64,000 bases of DNA from Tangfeifania diversioriginum (GTDB lineage: Bacteria > Bacteroidota > Bacteroidia > Bacteroidales > Prolixibacteraceae). Positions 1-8,433 of this stretch are shown here, piece after piece. The stretch's first letter is position 1. Each line of letters begins with the position of its first letter. Made by a program: the position numbers and the translations under genes. The notes under the pieces are model-generated. The model saw only the letters and a program-made list of their open reading frames with translations, was not told the origin of the DNA and searched no databases. The stretch covers positions 9,091 through 73,090 of the forward strand of contig CAMCBW010000029.1 of NCBI GenBank assembly GCA_945873105.1, in the 5' to 3' direction.

Positions 1-45
1 TCTTGTTAGATCAACCTATCTCAAATATTTTTTGTCTTTTTACAA

Positions 46-1599
46 TCAATTCGAAGGAGTGCTACTTCCCATTTTTGCAATGTATTGAAGGTACCGATCA
101 GTTATGCCGGCATAGTAAAGTAATTTTGACAGGGAGACATCATACCCGTACATGGCCTGTAATTTGTCGATTCTGGTTTTGGCCAGCAGCAGGGAGGCAT
201 CGGCTACTTGTGCAGTGGTTGCCATCCCTTCGCTAAATGCCTTGTTCCGCACCCTGTAGTACTCGATGGCAAGTTCCATGGCAGCATCCAGCATCTGCAA
301 TTGCTCACGGTACATCCCAATCTCCTGGTAATAATTGTGGATGGCAGTGTGAATGTCGGAGGAGCTTTTTTGATAGTAATCTTCTACCTGTAATTTTTGG
401 TAAGACAAGGCTTTCATTTTATTGTTTTGCGACAATCCTTCGAACAGATTCCATTTCATGCCAATTCCCACCATATAGCCGGGCAGGTAGGGTGACAGAT
501 CCTTGCTGGCGATGTCATACATACCGGAGATTGCAATGGTTGGGAATTGTCCGGATCTTTCTGCCTTGTATCCTTCGTTGACCAGCTCTTTTTTCTTTGC
601 AACCTGGGCGAGCAAAGGACTTTTCTCAATCGCCATACGGTAGAAAAACTCTATATTTTCCAGTGAATCAAGATAGAATAGATTGGTTGTTGGTTGAAGC
701 TGATAGGATCCCTCCGTAGCAAGTGTATTGAGTAGTGCATCGTTGAGCTGCTCATTTTGTCTGACAGATTTTTGCCATTCCCGCTCTGCCTCTGCCCAAT
801 AAAGTCGGGCATTCAGCATTTCTACTTTTGCAATCTGACCCTCCTTTTGTAGTTTTTCGGCATCCTGGAAGTGGTGTTCCATGGTACTTTTAACCTCCGC
901 TCTTACGGCCAGCGCCTCTCCTGCAAGAACTTTACCAAAGTATCTTTCAATCAGTTCATTGGTTAGTTCGTATGATTTCTGGCGGTTCTCAATGGTTACC
1001 GCTTCATATTTGATTTGGGACGCCCTGTTGGCGGCATTGATCTTTCCTCCGGTGAAAATCGGCCAGAGAAATCCTGCACTGAGTGTTGCAAACTGCCGTT
1101 CCTGGATGGTAAGATCCCAGTTGGCGCTGGTAACACTGTTCAATCCTTCCAGCATCTTCTTTCTTGCCACCTGGGTAGATACATTTTCAGGTAATATGGG
1201 CATGGTTCCGTTCGTGGCAGGATCTGGGTTTGGAATACCACTGAATACCCCATAGTTGCCCAATGTCTGGTACAAGGGAGTGATGGCATCCCTCACCGGA
1301 GACAAATCAAAATGAATTTTGTCCTCCATCAGGTTGTATCCTGCATGGAGCGAAATCTTTGGGAAATACAACCCTTTGGCACTCTTTCGCTCCTGTTCCA
1401 TCTGTTGAAGCTGGTGATCGGATTGCTTTATCAGGTAGTTGTTCCTGAGTGTCAGCTGTAACGCTTCTTCAAAGGAAATTCTCCTGACTTCTGTTCTGTT
1501 TTCTGATCTTGCTGATAATGAAAGGAATATTAGAATCAGCAAAGGTGTTTTCCATTTGATTGGCTGGTACATCCTATTTATTTTAATGCGTTTATGCAA
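46..1599 (-). CDS. TolC-family outer membrane efflux protein
   Basis: 517-aa ORF with a hydrophobic signal-like N-terminus (PLLILIFLSLSA). Its length and long helical repeat halves are typical of OEP/TolC proteins. It lies immediately downstream of a TetR gene. The start may be the internal Met at 1572. Confidence 0.7.
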   Translation of the reverse strand: MHKRIKINRMYQPIKWKTPLLILIFLSLSARSENRTEVRRISFEEALQLTLRNNYLIKQSDHQLQQMEQERKSAKGLYFPKISLHAGYNLMEDKIHFDLSPVRDAITPLYQTLGNYGVFSGIPNPDPATNGTMPILPENVSTQVARKKMLEGLNSVTSANWDLTIQERQFATLSAGFLWPIFTGGKINAANRASQIKYEAVTIENRQKSYELTNELIERYFGKVLAGEALAVRAEVKSTMEHHFQDAEKLQKEGQIAKVEMLNARLYWAEAEREWQKSVRQNEQLNDALLNTLATEGSYQLQPTTNLFYLDSLENIEFFYRMAIEKSPLLAQVAKKKELVNEGYKAERSGQFPTIAISGMYDIASKDLSPYLPGYMVGIGMKWNLFEGLSQNNKMKALSYQKLQVEDYYQKSSSDIHTAIHNYYQEIGMYREQLQMLDAAMELAIEYYRVRNKAFSEGMATTAQVADASLLLAKTRIDKLQAMYGYDVSLSKLLYYAGITDRYLQYIAKMGSSTPSN

Positions 1600-2159
1600 A
1601 ATTCTACCACCTTTCTCTTGTCGGAATCATTCCAACCATTGATTCCAAAGAATCCTTTGATACGAAGGTTGATAAATTCAATCGGATAAATGATGACCAT
1701 CGTGTAGACCTCTTCCACGGTGAGTGTTTCGTTGAACTCTTCATTTCTGATGCCACTATCGATCACTTGCTGACAAAGAACTTCTATTTCACTCCGCTGC
1801 TGTTCCGATATTTGAAAATTGTAATCGTGCATAAGGACGTGAATAAACCTTATTTCATTTTGAGCGGTCTCCGCCAAAACAAACAGCTCTCCAATGAGCA
1901 ATTCGATCACCGATGTGATGGTTAATTCATGGTTTAAGAACTCTTTTAAATTGACAATCAAGTGATTAATTCTCCCGTACAGGAGGGAGGTGACCAAGTC
2001 TTGTTTGCTGCTGTAGAATCGGTACAGATAACCTTCAGCGACTCCTGCCTTGTTCGCGATGGCAGAAATCGAGGCTCCTCCATAGCCTTTTTCAACTACA
2101 AGTTCCAGGGTAGCTGCATGAATCCGTGCCAGCTTGCTTTCATCTACCAGTCGTGCCAT
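1578..2159 (-). CDS. TetR/AcrR family transcriptional regulator
   Basis: 193 aa with an N-terminal TetR HTH (GYGGASISAIANKAGVAEGYLYRFYSSKQDL). It heads the efflux gene. Confidence 0.88.
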   Translation of the reverse strand: MARLVDESKLARIHAATLELVVEKGYGGASISAIANKAGVAEGYLYRFYSSKQDLVTSLLYGRINHLIVNLKEFLNHELTITSVIELLIGELFVLAETAQNEIRFIHVLMHDYNFQISEQQRSEIEVLCQQVIDSGIRNEEFNETLTVEEVYTMVIIYPIEFINLRIKGFFGINGWNDSDKRKVVEFCINALK

Positions 2160-2424
2160 TGTGTGGTATTTATAAATGAGTGATTATTCATTCAAAATTC
2201 AAATGTATTTCACTTTGAAGTATCAACCAAATAATCGGGGTAATTTTCATTATTATTTAACACTGGGATTGGAGAGGATCTCCGCTGCCCATGGAGTCAT
2301 ATGGATTTGAAAATGCTTTCTTCTTATAGCATAACCCGAAAAAAATGGCACTGAAGCCAAAATGGGGCTTGGTAAGCATTTCAGGTTAGGTGGAAATTAA
2401 CCACCTTTGTAGATAGCAGATATT

Positions 2425-5400
2425 TTGAATCTATTTGACATGTTGAAATTTTCCCCACATACGAAGGCCAGCTGTTTGTTGAGTAGGATGTTGGTGCTTT
2501 TGGGACTGTTTCTGCAGCAGCAACTGCTCAGTGCTCAACCATTTGTCCGGGTGAATTCAGGAACCAAATCGAATATCCTTCGCATCAACATGCTGAATGA
2601 AAAGGAGGGTTTCTTCCTAACCGATAAAGTGTATTCGCTGGGTCAGGGTATTGAATGGAAGAAAGCAGAGATCAATGATAATCGCTCCATTGCCCTTTTT
2701 TCTGCCAATTCGGTCAATGATTTCTGGTATACTACCAATCTGGAGAACAGTACCTCAGTGATCTATCATTCCAAAGATGGCATTGTTGAAAGTATGATGG
2801 GGCCATTTGGGGTGGTCGTTTATTCCATGCACATAACACCGGAAAATGTAGCTTTCTTTTCAAGTTCGTCCGAGGTGGCTATTTTGGAGGATGGTAAATT
2901 TAAAAGAATGGACCTTGTTCCATCAAATTCATTCGTAAAAAAATTAATAGGTAAAAACAGTCATCTGTTTTGGACACTGACCAATAAGGCTGAATTGTTC
3001 CTTTACAGCGGATTAAAATACAAAAGGGTTTTAACCGAAAGACGGGTTACCGATTTTGTACTCATGGATGATAAGAATGGTTTTGCACTTTGTGGAACGG
3101 AGATTGTGAGATTTGACGGACAGGAATCTAAAAGTTGGATGATCCATGAAGAGTTTGGCAAAGCTGAAAAGATTTATCTTGCTCCAAATGGGGATATCTG
3201 GCTGTTGGGAGCCTCTTCCAAAATCCTTCGTATTTCAAATGGAAAGGTTGAAGATCTATCAACCAGGGAAAAGTATCAGTTTACAAATTTGTCTTTTGCG
3301 GGGGAAGGAGAGGTATGGATCTCGGGCAGTGACGGAGTTCTTTTGTACCGTGGCAATAAACAGTTTCCACCCTATGAGACGGATAATCCTGGATTCTCGT
3401 CCTTTAAATTGACCAACTTCGGTATCAATCTCGATAATGAATATGGAGTAGCTTTGGCAGATTTTAACGGCGATCAGAAAATTGACATTTTTGCAGTCTG
3501 CATTTCAGATTTCAATCGACTGTTTATCAATACATTAATTCAGGGTGCAGATAGCCTTACCGGTGTCTTTTTTAGGGACGAAGGAATAATCCGTAAATCT
3601 GAAGGTACTTTTGATACCAAGAGTGAGTCGAGTTATTCTGCATTAAAATTGGGTGTTGCGACAGCCGATGTTGACAATGATGGAGATGAGGATGTATATC
3701 TTTGCTATCTGAACGCTAAAAACAAGCTTTTGTTAAACAATGGCAATGGGATATTTCGCGACGTTTCAGATCAGCCCAACAGGGCCTGTGAGAATTACAG
3801 GCGTTCAAGTGCTGCAGCGTTTGCAGATGTTGATCTGGATGGGAATGTTGATTTGTATGTAACGAGTGAAAATGGCTCCAATAAATTTTTTCACAACGAT
3901 GGTACCGGTCATTTCAAGGATCTTACTCCTGACGCTGGTCTTGAAACAGTTTCAGGTGGTTCTTGTGCTACTTTCAGTGATATCAACCAGGATGGGTATC
4001 CGGATCTGTGCGTTACCTTTTGGTACGAAAAAAACAGGATATACTTAAATGAATCATGGCATGGCAGTGTCAAGTTCAGAGATATCTCAGACGAGACCGA
4101 TCTTGCAAAATCATCACCCGTAAAGACCAACGGGGCAACCTTTGCCGATATCAACAACGATGGTTTTCCAGATCTGTTTATAGCCAACAAAAACGAGGAA
4201 AACAAGTTGTACCTGAACAATGGAGCAGGCATTTTCATGGATGTTACGGCCAGTTATCTCGAAAAAAACACCTATTTGTCGAATGGTGCCGTGATCGCTG
4301 ATTTTGATTTGGATGGATACCAGGATCTCTATCTCTCGAATATTGGAAGTAATATTTTGTACAAGAACATAAGCGGTTTATTCTTTAAGGATGTGACGGC
4401 ATACTTTGGTGCTGAGATGAGTGGTTATTGCACTGGTGCAGGGGTCGCCGATTTTAACAACGATGGCAACAATGACATCTACGCTGCCAATTTTCTGGGA
4501 GGCAGCAGCAAGGTCTTTGTCAATCAGAGCAAAAATAGGCAGACGATCAAAGTAAAGCTGGAAGGGACACATTCCAACCGTGATGCAATTGGGGCAAAAA
4601 TTTATCTGTATGCAGAGGATCAGGAGACCAAAAAAATTACATTGGATGGCTTCCAGGAGATCAGCGGTGGCGGGGGGTATGCCTCCATCTCTGCCAAGGA
4701 GGCAATTTTCCCATTGAGAACTGGATACAAGTATTTTGCCATTGTAAAATTCCCATTTCCCGGAAGCGAAAAACGAATAGACAATTTAGAACCGGGAACA
4801 TTGAAGGTTAGTGAAGAATCTGGATTGGACGCCTTTACTGTCCGGTTTGTAAAGGCGATCCAGCGAATCGTTAAGGATCCGGATATCTTAAAGGAGTATG
4901 CCAAGGCTGGAATTTTGCTCCTCCTCTTTTTTGTTTATTTCAGGCTATTTATTCACGGAAGAAGCAGGATTAATTGGATAAGAAAAATTTCGGTGGTAGT
5001 GATTTTTGTTTTTTCCCTCTTCCTCAATTTCTTCTTCCTCTACAGCTCCTCACTCCTGTTGTTTTTTGTTCCGACTTTCATTTCAATTGTACTGTTGGTC
5101 ATTACGCATCTGGTAACGGAACGTATTCAGATTGCCGATGAAGTGTCGAAGCAACGGCTCAGTCTGAGGGAGAAGATTTCACGTGATTTGCACGATGACC
5201 TCGCATCGACCCTTGGAAGTATTGCTATATATGCAGATACCATGAAAAGGATGACGGATCCTGTATTGGTGGAAGACAGCAATTTGTCGTCGAAGATTGC
5301 TGATTTGACGCAATCAGCCTTGCAGTCCATTACCGATATCATCTGGATGACCTCACCCAGGAATGACACCTTGCAGGGGCTGCTTGCCAAGGTTAACAAC

Positions 5401-5772
5401 CTGTTGTATGAGGTATTGACCGACATTGGTGTGCAGTACCATGCTGATATAAATACCCCTGATCAAATGATTCTCATGCCGGATGAGCTTAAAAATGACA
5501 CTTTTTTAATATTGAAAGAGGCCGCTCACAATATCATTCGTCATGCAGATGCAAAAAATGTGACGTTTATTGCCGAAGTCAATGACCATATTTGTACCAT
5601 CAGTCTGATAGACGATGGAGTAGGTTTTGACGAGAAAAGCATCAAATTGGCTGTGTCTCACGGGAATGGGCTACTTAATATCCGTCAACGGGCCTTGGAG
5701 TCTAAAATTGACCTTGCCATACATACATATCCCGGGAAGGGCACCTTTATTCACATGGCATTCCAAATATGA
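2425..5772 (+). CDS. Sensor histidine kinase with an extracytoplasmic propeller-like region, 7 FG-GAP/VCBS repeats and an ASPIC/UnbV-like domain
   Basis: 1115 aa. Seven D-x-D/N-x-D-G-x-x-D Ca-binding FG-GAP motifs are present (ADFNGDQKIDIF, ADVDNDGDEDVY, ADVDLDGNVDLY, SDINQDGYPDLC, ADINNDGFPDLF, ADFDLDGYQDLY, ADFNNDGNNDIY). They are followed by NRDAIGAKIYLY...GGGGYASISAKEAIFPL (UnbV/ASPIC-like) and hydrophobic TM segments at about aa 830-900. Next come a HisKA_3 H-box (RDLHDDLASTLGS) and HATPase N/G boxes (HNIIRHA, DDGVGFD, GNGLLNIRQRA). The ORF-track start is TTG; an ATG lies 5 codons downstream. Confidence 0.85.
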   Translation: MNLFDMLKFSPHTKASCLLSRMLVLLGLFLQQQLLSAQPFVRVNSGTKSNILRINMLNEKEGFFLTDKVYSLGQGIEWKKAEINDNRSIALFSANSVNDFWYTTNLENSTSVIYHSKDGIVESMMGPFGVVVYSMHITPENVAFFSSSSEVAILEDGKFKRMDLVPSNSFVKKLIGKNSHLFWTLTNKAELFLYSGLKYKRVLTERRVTDFVLMDDKNGFALCGTEIVRFDGQESKSWMIHEEFGKAEKIYLAPNGDIWLLGASSKILRISNGKVEDLSTREKYQFTNLSFAGEGEVWISGSDGVLLYRGNKQFPPYETDNPGFSSFKLTNFGINLDNEYGVALADFNGDQKIDIFAVCISDFNRLFINTLIQGADSLTGVFFRDEGIIRKSEGTFDTKSESSYSALKLGVATADVDNDGDEDVYLCYLNAKNKLLLNNGNGIFRDVSDQPNRACENYRRSSAAAFADVDLDGNVDLYVTSENGSNKFFHNDGTGHFKDLTPDAGLETVSGGSCATFSDINQDGYPDLCVTFWYEKNRIYLNESWHGSVKFRDISDETDLAKSSPVKTNGATFADINNDGFPDLFIANKNEENKLYLNNGAGIFMDVTASYLEKNTYLSNGAVIADFDLDGYQDLYLSNIGSNILYKNISGLFFKDVTAYFGAEMSGYCTGAGVADFNNDGNNDIYAANFLGGSSKVFVNQSKNRQTIKVKLEGTHSNRDAIGAKIYLYAEDQETKKITLDGFQEISGGGGYASISAKEAIFPLRTGYKYFAIVKFPFPGSEKRIDNLEPGTLKVSEESGLDAFTVRFVKAIQRIVKDPDILKEYAKAGILLLLFFVYFRLFIHGRSRINWIRKISVVVIFVFSLFLNFFFLYSSSLLLFFVPTFISIVLLVITHLVTERIQIADEVSKQRLSLREKISRDLHDDLASTLGSIAIYADTMKRMTDPVLVEDSNLSSKIADLTQSALQSITDIIWMTSPRNDTLQGLLAKVNNLLYEVLTDIGVQYHADINTPDQMILMPDELKNDTFLILKEAAHNIIRHADAKNVTFIAEVNDHICTISLIDDGVGFDEKSIKLAVSHGNGLLNIRQRALESKIDLAIHTYPGKGTFIHMAFQI

Positions 5773-5786
5773 CCCCAAAGGGCTAT
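5766..5786 (+). repeat. 21-nt exact repeat AATATGACCCCAAAGGGCTAT, copy 1, containing the kinase stop codon
   Basis: Identical 21-mer to 6463-6483. The TGA of the kinase ORF is at 5770-5772, inside the repeat. Confidence 0.9.
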
Positions 5787-5828
5787 GTCCACTTCAAAAT
5801 TTAAATGGTTACTTAGAAAAAAAATGCA

Positions 5829-6458
5829 ATGGCTGTTTCCGTAGGTATTGTCGAAGATCATGCTGAGTTTAGAAAGAGCCTGGTCTTTTTGGTTTCATCC
5901 ATCGAGGATTACAAGGTTATCTGGTCATTTGGATCTGTCGAAGAGGCGATCGAAAAGGGATATACCCCGGATGTTGTTTTGTTGGATATTAATCTTCCCC
6001 GAATGACAGGATTGGAGGCTATCGCACTTTTTAAGAGCAAATGGTCGGATGCAAAAATAGTTATGCTCACCATTCTTGAAGATGAATACAATATTCTGAC
6101 GGCTATTAAGAATGGGGCAGATGGCTATATTCTCAAAAAAACCAATCCGCAAAAAATTTTGGATGCCATCCAGCAGGTTTTTGACGGGGGAGCTGCCCTG
6201 ACCCCGATGGTTGCCAAACAAGTGCTCTCTTTTTTCAAGGATGAAAAAAAGGAGCAAGAGCAAGCTTCGATTCTGACCAAGCGTGAGCAGGAAATTCTTA
6301 CCTGTATTGTCAGCGGATTGACCAATGATAAAATTGCTGCGATGTTGTTTATCAGTACCCAAACTGTTAGAAACCACATTAAGAACATTTACGAAAAGCT
6401 TCATGTGCATTCCAAAGCCCAGGTAGTTGCCAAAGCATTGAAAGAGAAAATGATTTGA
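5829..6458 (+). CDS. NarL/LuxR-family response regulator
   Basis: 209 aa. REC domain (VGIVEDH...VLLDINLPRMTGLEA...KIVMLT) plus a C-terminal LuxR HTH (LTKREQEILTCIVSGLTNDKIAAMLFISTQTVRNHIKNIYEKL). Confidence 0.95.
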   Translation: MAVSVGIVEDHAEFRKSLVFLVSSIEDYKVIWSFGSVEEAIEKGYTPDVVLLDINLPRMTGLEAIALFKSKWSDAKIVMLTILEDEYNILTAIKNGADGYILKKTNPQKILDAIQQVFDGGAALTPMVAKQVLSFFKDEKKEQEQASILTKREQEILTCIVSGLTNDKIAAMLFISTQTVRNHIKNIYEKLHVHSKAQVVAKALKEKMI

Positions 6459-6462
6459 CCTG

Positions 6463-6483
6463 AATATGACCCCAAAGGGCTAT
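6463..6483 (+). repeat. 21-nt exact repeat AATATGACCCCAAAGGGCTAT, copy 2, 5 nt after the regulator stop codon
   Basis: Identical to 5766-5786 and followed by a T6 run. Confidence 0.9.
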
Positions 6484-6589
6484 TTTTTGGCCGGACAATC
6501 CAGCGTACATTTATTGGTGAATATTGGCGAATTGTTTGAAAGGACAAATCGCCAGGAATTTGGTCCATAATTAAACCTAAAAACTCAAC

Positions 6590-7825
6590 ATGAAACTGCA
6601 ATTTTTAAAAATGATGGTATTCGTTACCCTGTTTTCCTTTGTGTCATCCTGTGATTTATTGAACAAGAAGGATACAGAGGAGCCTACACAATTGGTCCAG
6701 GATTTTAATTCCAATGTAACCGAACTCCATGATGCGCTTGAAAATTTTGTCATGAAGGCACAGGCTTATGAGAATGCAAAATTTTCAACATTGAAAGCAG
6801 CCCAGACCAAAATTATTGTGGATGAATACATTGCGGCTGGTGAGAAATTCGTAAAAGTGATGGGTGAGATTCAGGCAGTTCAGAATCAAAACAAATCACT
6901 GCAACTTAAGAGTGCCATGGATTTACCCTGTAGTCCGGTAGATTTTATTCCGGATGCCACCTCCGGGATCTCTCCCGGATTGGTTAAAAATGTGGCCGAC
7001 CTTATCAGCGAGACCAAGGGAGACATGGCTGCCATCCAGAAAAAGTTTGACAACAAGGAGATTGATGAGAATACCTACAATGAAGCCTGCAATCAGTTGA
7101 AAAAGAACAAGACTGTCAAGGCCGTCAATACCGGTATCGGTGCAGTACTTGGAACCGGAGCTGCCATGGGAGCCGGTTTGATCGTAGGTGCAACCACCCT
7201 TCCGGCCATCGCTACTGTTACGGTAGTAGGTGTTGCTGTTGGAACTACTGTTACCTGGTTTGCCAATTGGTACACAGGAGTAAAAAGCACGTCGGCAGCG
7301 ACGCAACAATACATTGTCAGTGGCAAAACCACGGTAGGAGGAAAACTCCCGGTACACCTGATCGGCCAGGGGGCTACTGTTACGTTGGCAGTTCAGGGAC
7401 AAGCACCAGTTGTCATGAAGAATTTTGCACTACCTGCAGCTGGTTACAACAAGAAGATTGAAATTACACCGGTAAAAATCGGAGATGCTACTGCCGGCGG
7501 CTCATCGAATGTTTGTGTGTTGGATGAACTGATGGCGGCCAGTACCTGCAGTGCCGTTGAGTTTGTCACGGGAAGTCCTTCTCCGGTGGATCCTGGTCCC
7601 GGAGTTGGTGTTACTGTAACCGGTACCCTTATTCCCAAAGTTGCCAACTGCTCCATCTCTTTTTCAATTGTGGGTACAGATGGGTATTCCAATTCCGCAA
7701 CGAAAACTACCAATGCAGAAGGACAGGCGACTTTTTATATTCCCGGTGGTGAATCTGGCGTATTTGACAAGGTGACAATTTCGTCCAGCAATGGAAAAAC
7801 CTATGTTGTTTCCTATACTTTTTAG
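6590..7825 (+). CDS. Lipoprotein of unknown function with a Gly/Ala/Val/Thr-rich hydrophobic core and a C-terminal Ig-like segment
   Basis: 411 aa. Lipobox-like signal (LFSFVSSC), a glycine-zipper-like stretch (GIGAVLGTGAAMGAGLIVGATTLPAIATVTVVGVAVG) and a C-terminal beta-rich segment (VTVTGTLIPK...SFSIVGTDGYSNSATKTTNAEGQATFYIPGG). It sits directly downstream of the two-component pair. Confidence 0.55.
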   Translation: MKLQFLKMMVFVTLFSFVSSCDLLNKKDTEEPTQLVQDFNSNVTELHDALENFVMKAQAYENAKFSTLKAAQTKIIVDEYIAAGEKFVKVMGEIQAVQNQNKSLQLKSAMDLPCSPVDFIPDATSGISPGLVKNVADLISETKGDMAAIQKKFDNKEIDENTYNEACNQLKKNKTVKAVNTGIGAVLGTGAAMGAGLIVGATTLPAIATVTVVGVAVGTTVTWFANWYTGVKSTSAATQQYIVSGKTTVGGKLPVHLIGQGATVTLAVQGQAPVVMKNFALPAAGYNKKIEITPVKIGDATAGGSSNVCVLDELMAASTCSAVEFVTGSPSPVDPGPGVGVTVTGTLIPKVANCSISFSIVGTDGYSNSATKTTNAEGQATFYIPGGESGVFDKVTISSSNGKTYVVSYTF

Positions 7826-7853
7826 AGGAATGATATTAGGTTCCAGTCTGGTA

Positions 7854-7915
7854 TATAATTAAATTCAGTACAAAAATAGCCCCAATGGGCTATTTTTGTA
7901 CTGAATTTAATTATA
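7854..7915. terminator. 29-bp perfect inverted repeat with a 4-nt loop (probable terminator or protein-binding palindrome)
   Basis: The left arm 7854-7882 (tataattaaattcagtacaaaaatagccc) is the exact reverse complement of the right arm 7887-7915, with loop caat. The core ATAGCCCCAATGGGCTAT resembles the 21-nt repeat at 5766 and 6463. Confidence 0.6.
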
Positions 7916-8433
7916 GAAATTTGCCGCATACTATTTCAACAAGGTCAACTTTGCTCTTCGTTCCAATTTTTTGAGCAGAATAGGCTAAAGATATTCGCAT
8001 TCAGTCTTCTTTTCGAAGACCAGGAGGCGACTAAACCCACCACCAGGAGAATCTGCAAGGTGGCTTACGGCAGAGGAGTAATCTACACCAATGGTGCCGT
8101 AAGCCCCTTTCTCTCCATCGATCCCTCAAATGGCACCCGGTGCCAAATCATCGTAAAATTCCGTTGCTATTTTGGTGGTTTTTTCCATCGATTTTGCATA
8201 GGTGATTATTGTACAAATAATTGCGTCGCTTTTTATTCTTTCCGACGCTGGCCTCCTTGCGCGATATTGTTCACAACTTTACAGATCAAAGTAATTTGAA
8301 TCTGCGGCATTCCATTTTGCTTCTAATTTAGTACCTTGCAATAGCTATTTCAATGCGGTAAAACCACATTCGGATTTCAGGTATGGAAGAGAAGGATGAT
8401 ATTCAGGTCGTAAATCACATTAATTATCAAAAT

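Noticed and set aside
7990-8188. A minus-strand frame beginning ATG at 8188 (MEKTTKIATEFYDDLAPGAI-TGA-GIDGEKGAYGTIGVDYSS...), considered as a selenoprotein or a small gene.
   Set aside because: The frame is interrupted by an in-frame TGA and then a TAG. There is no redox CxxU-type context and no recognisable SECIS-like hairpin right after the TGA. At best it is a decayed gene remnant, and the evidence is too weak to annotate.
8060-8299. A 79-aa + strand ORF in the gap before the esterase gene.
   Set aside because: It is a Cys/Phe-rich, low-complexity translation with no promoter box or motif. It overlaps the possible remnant on the other strand.
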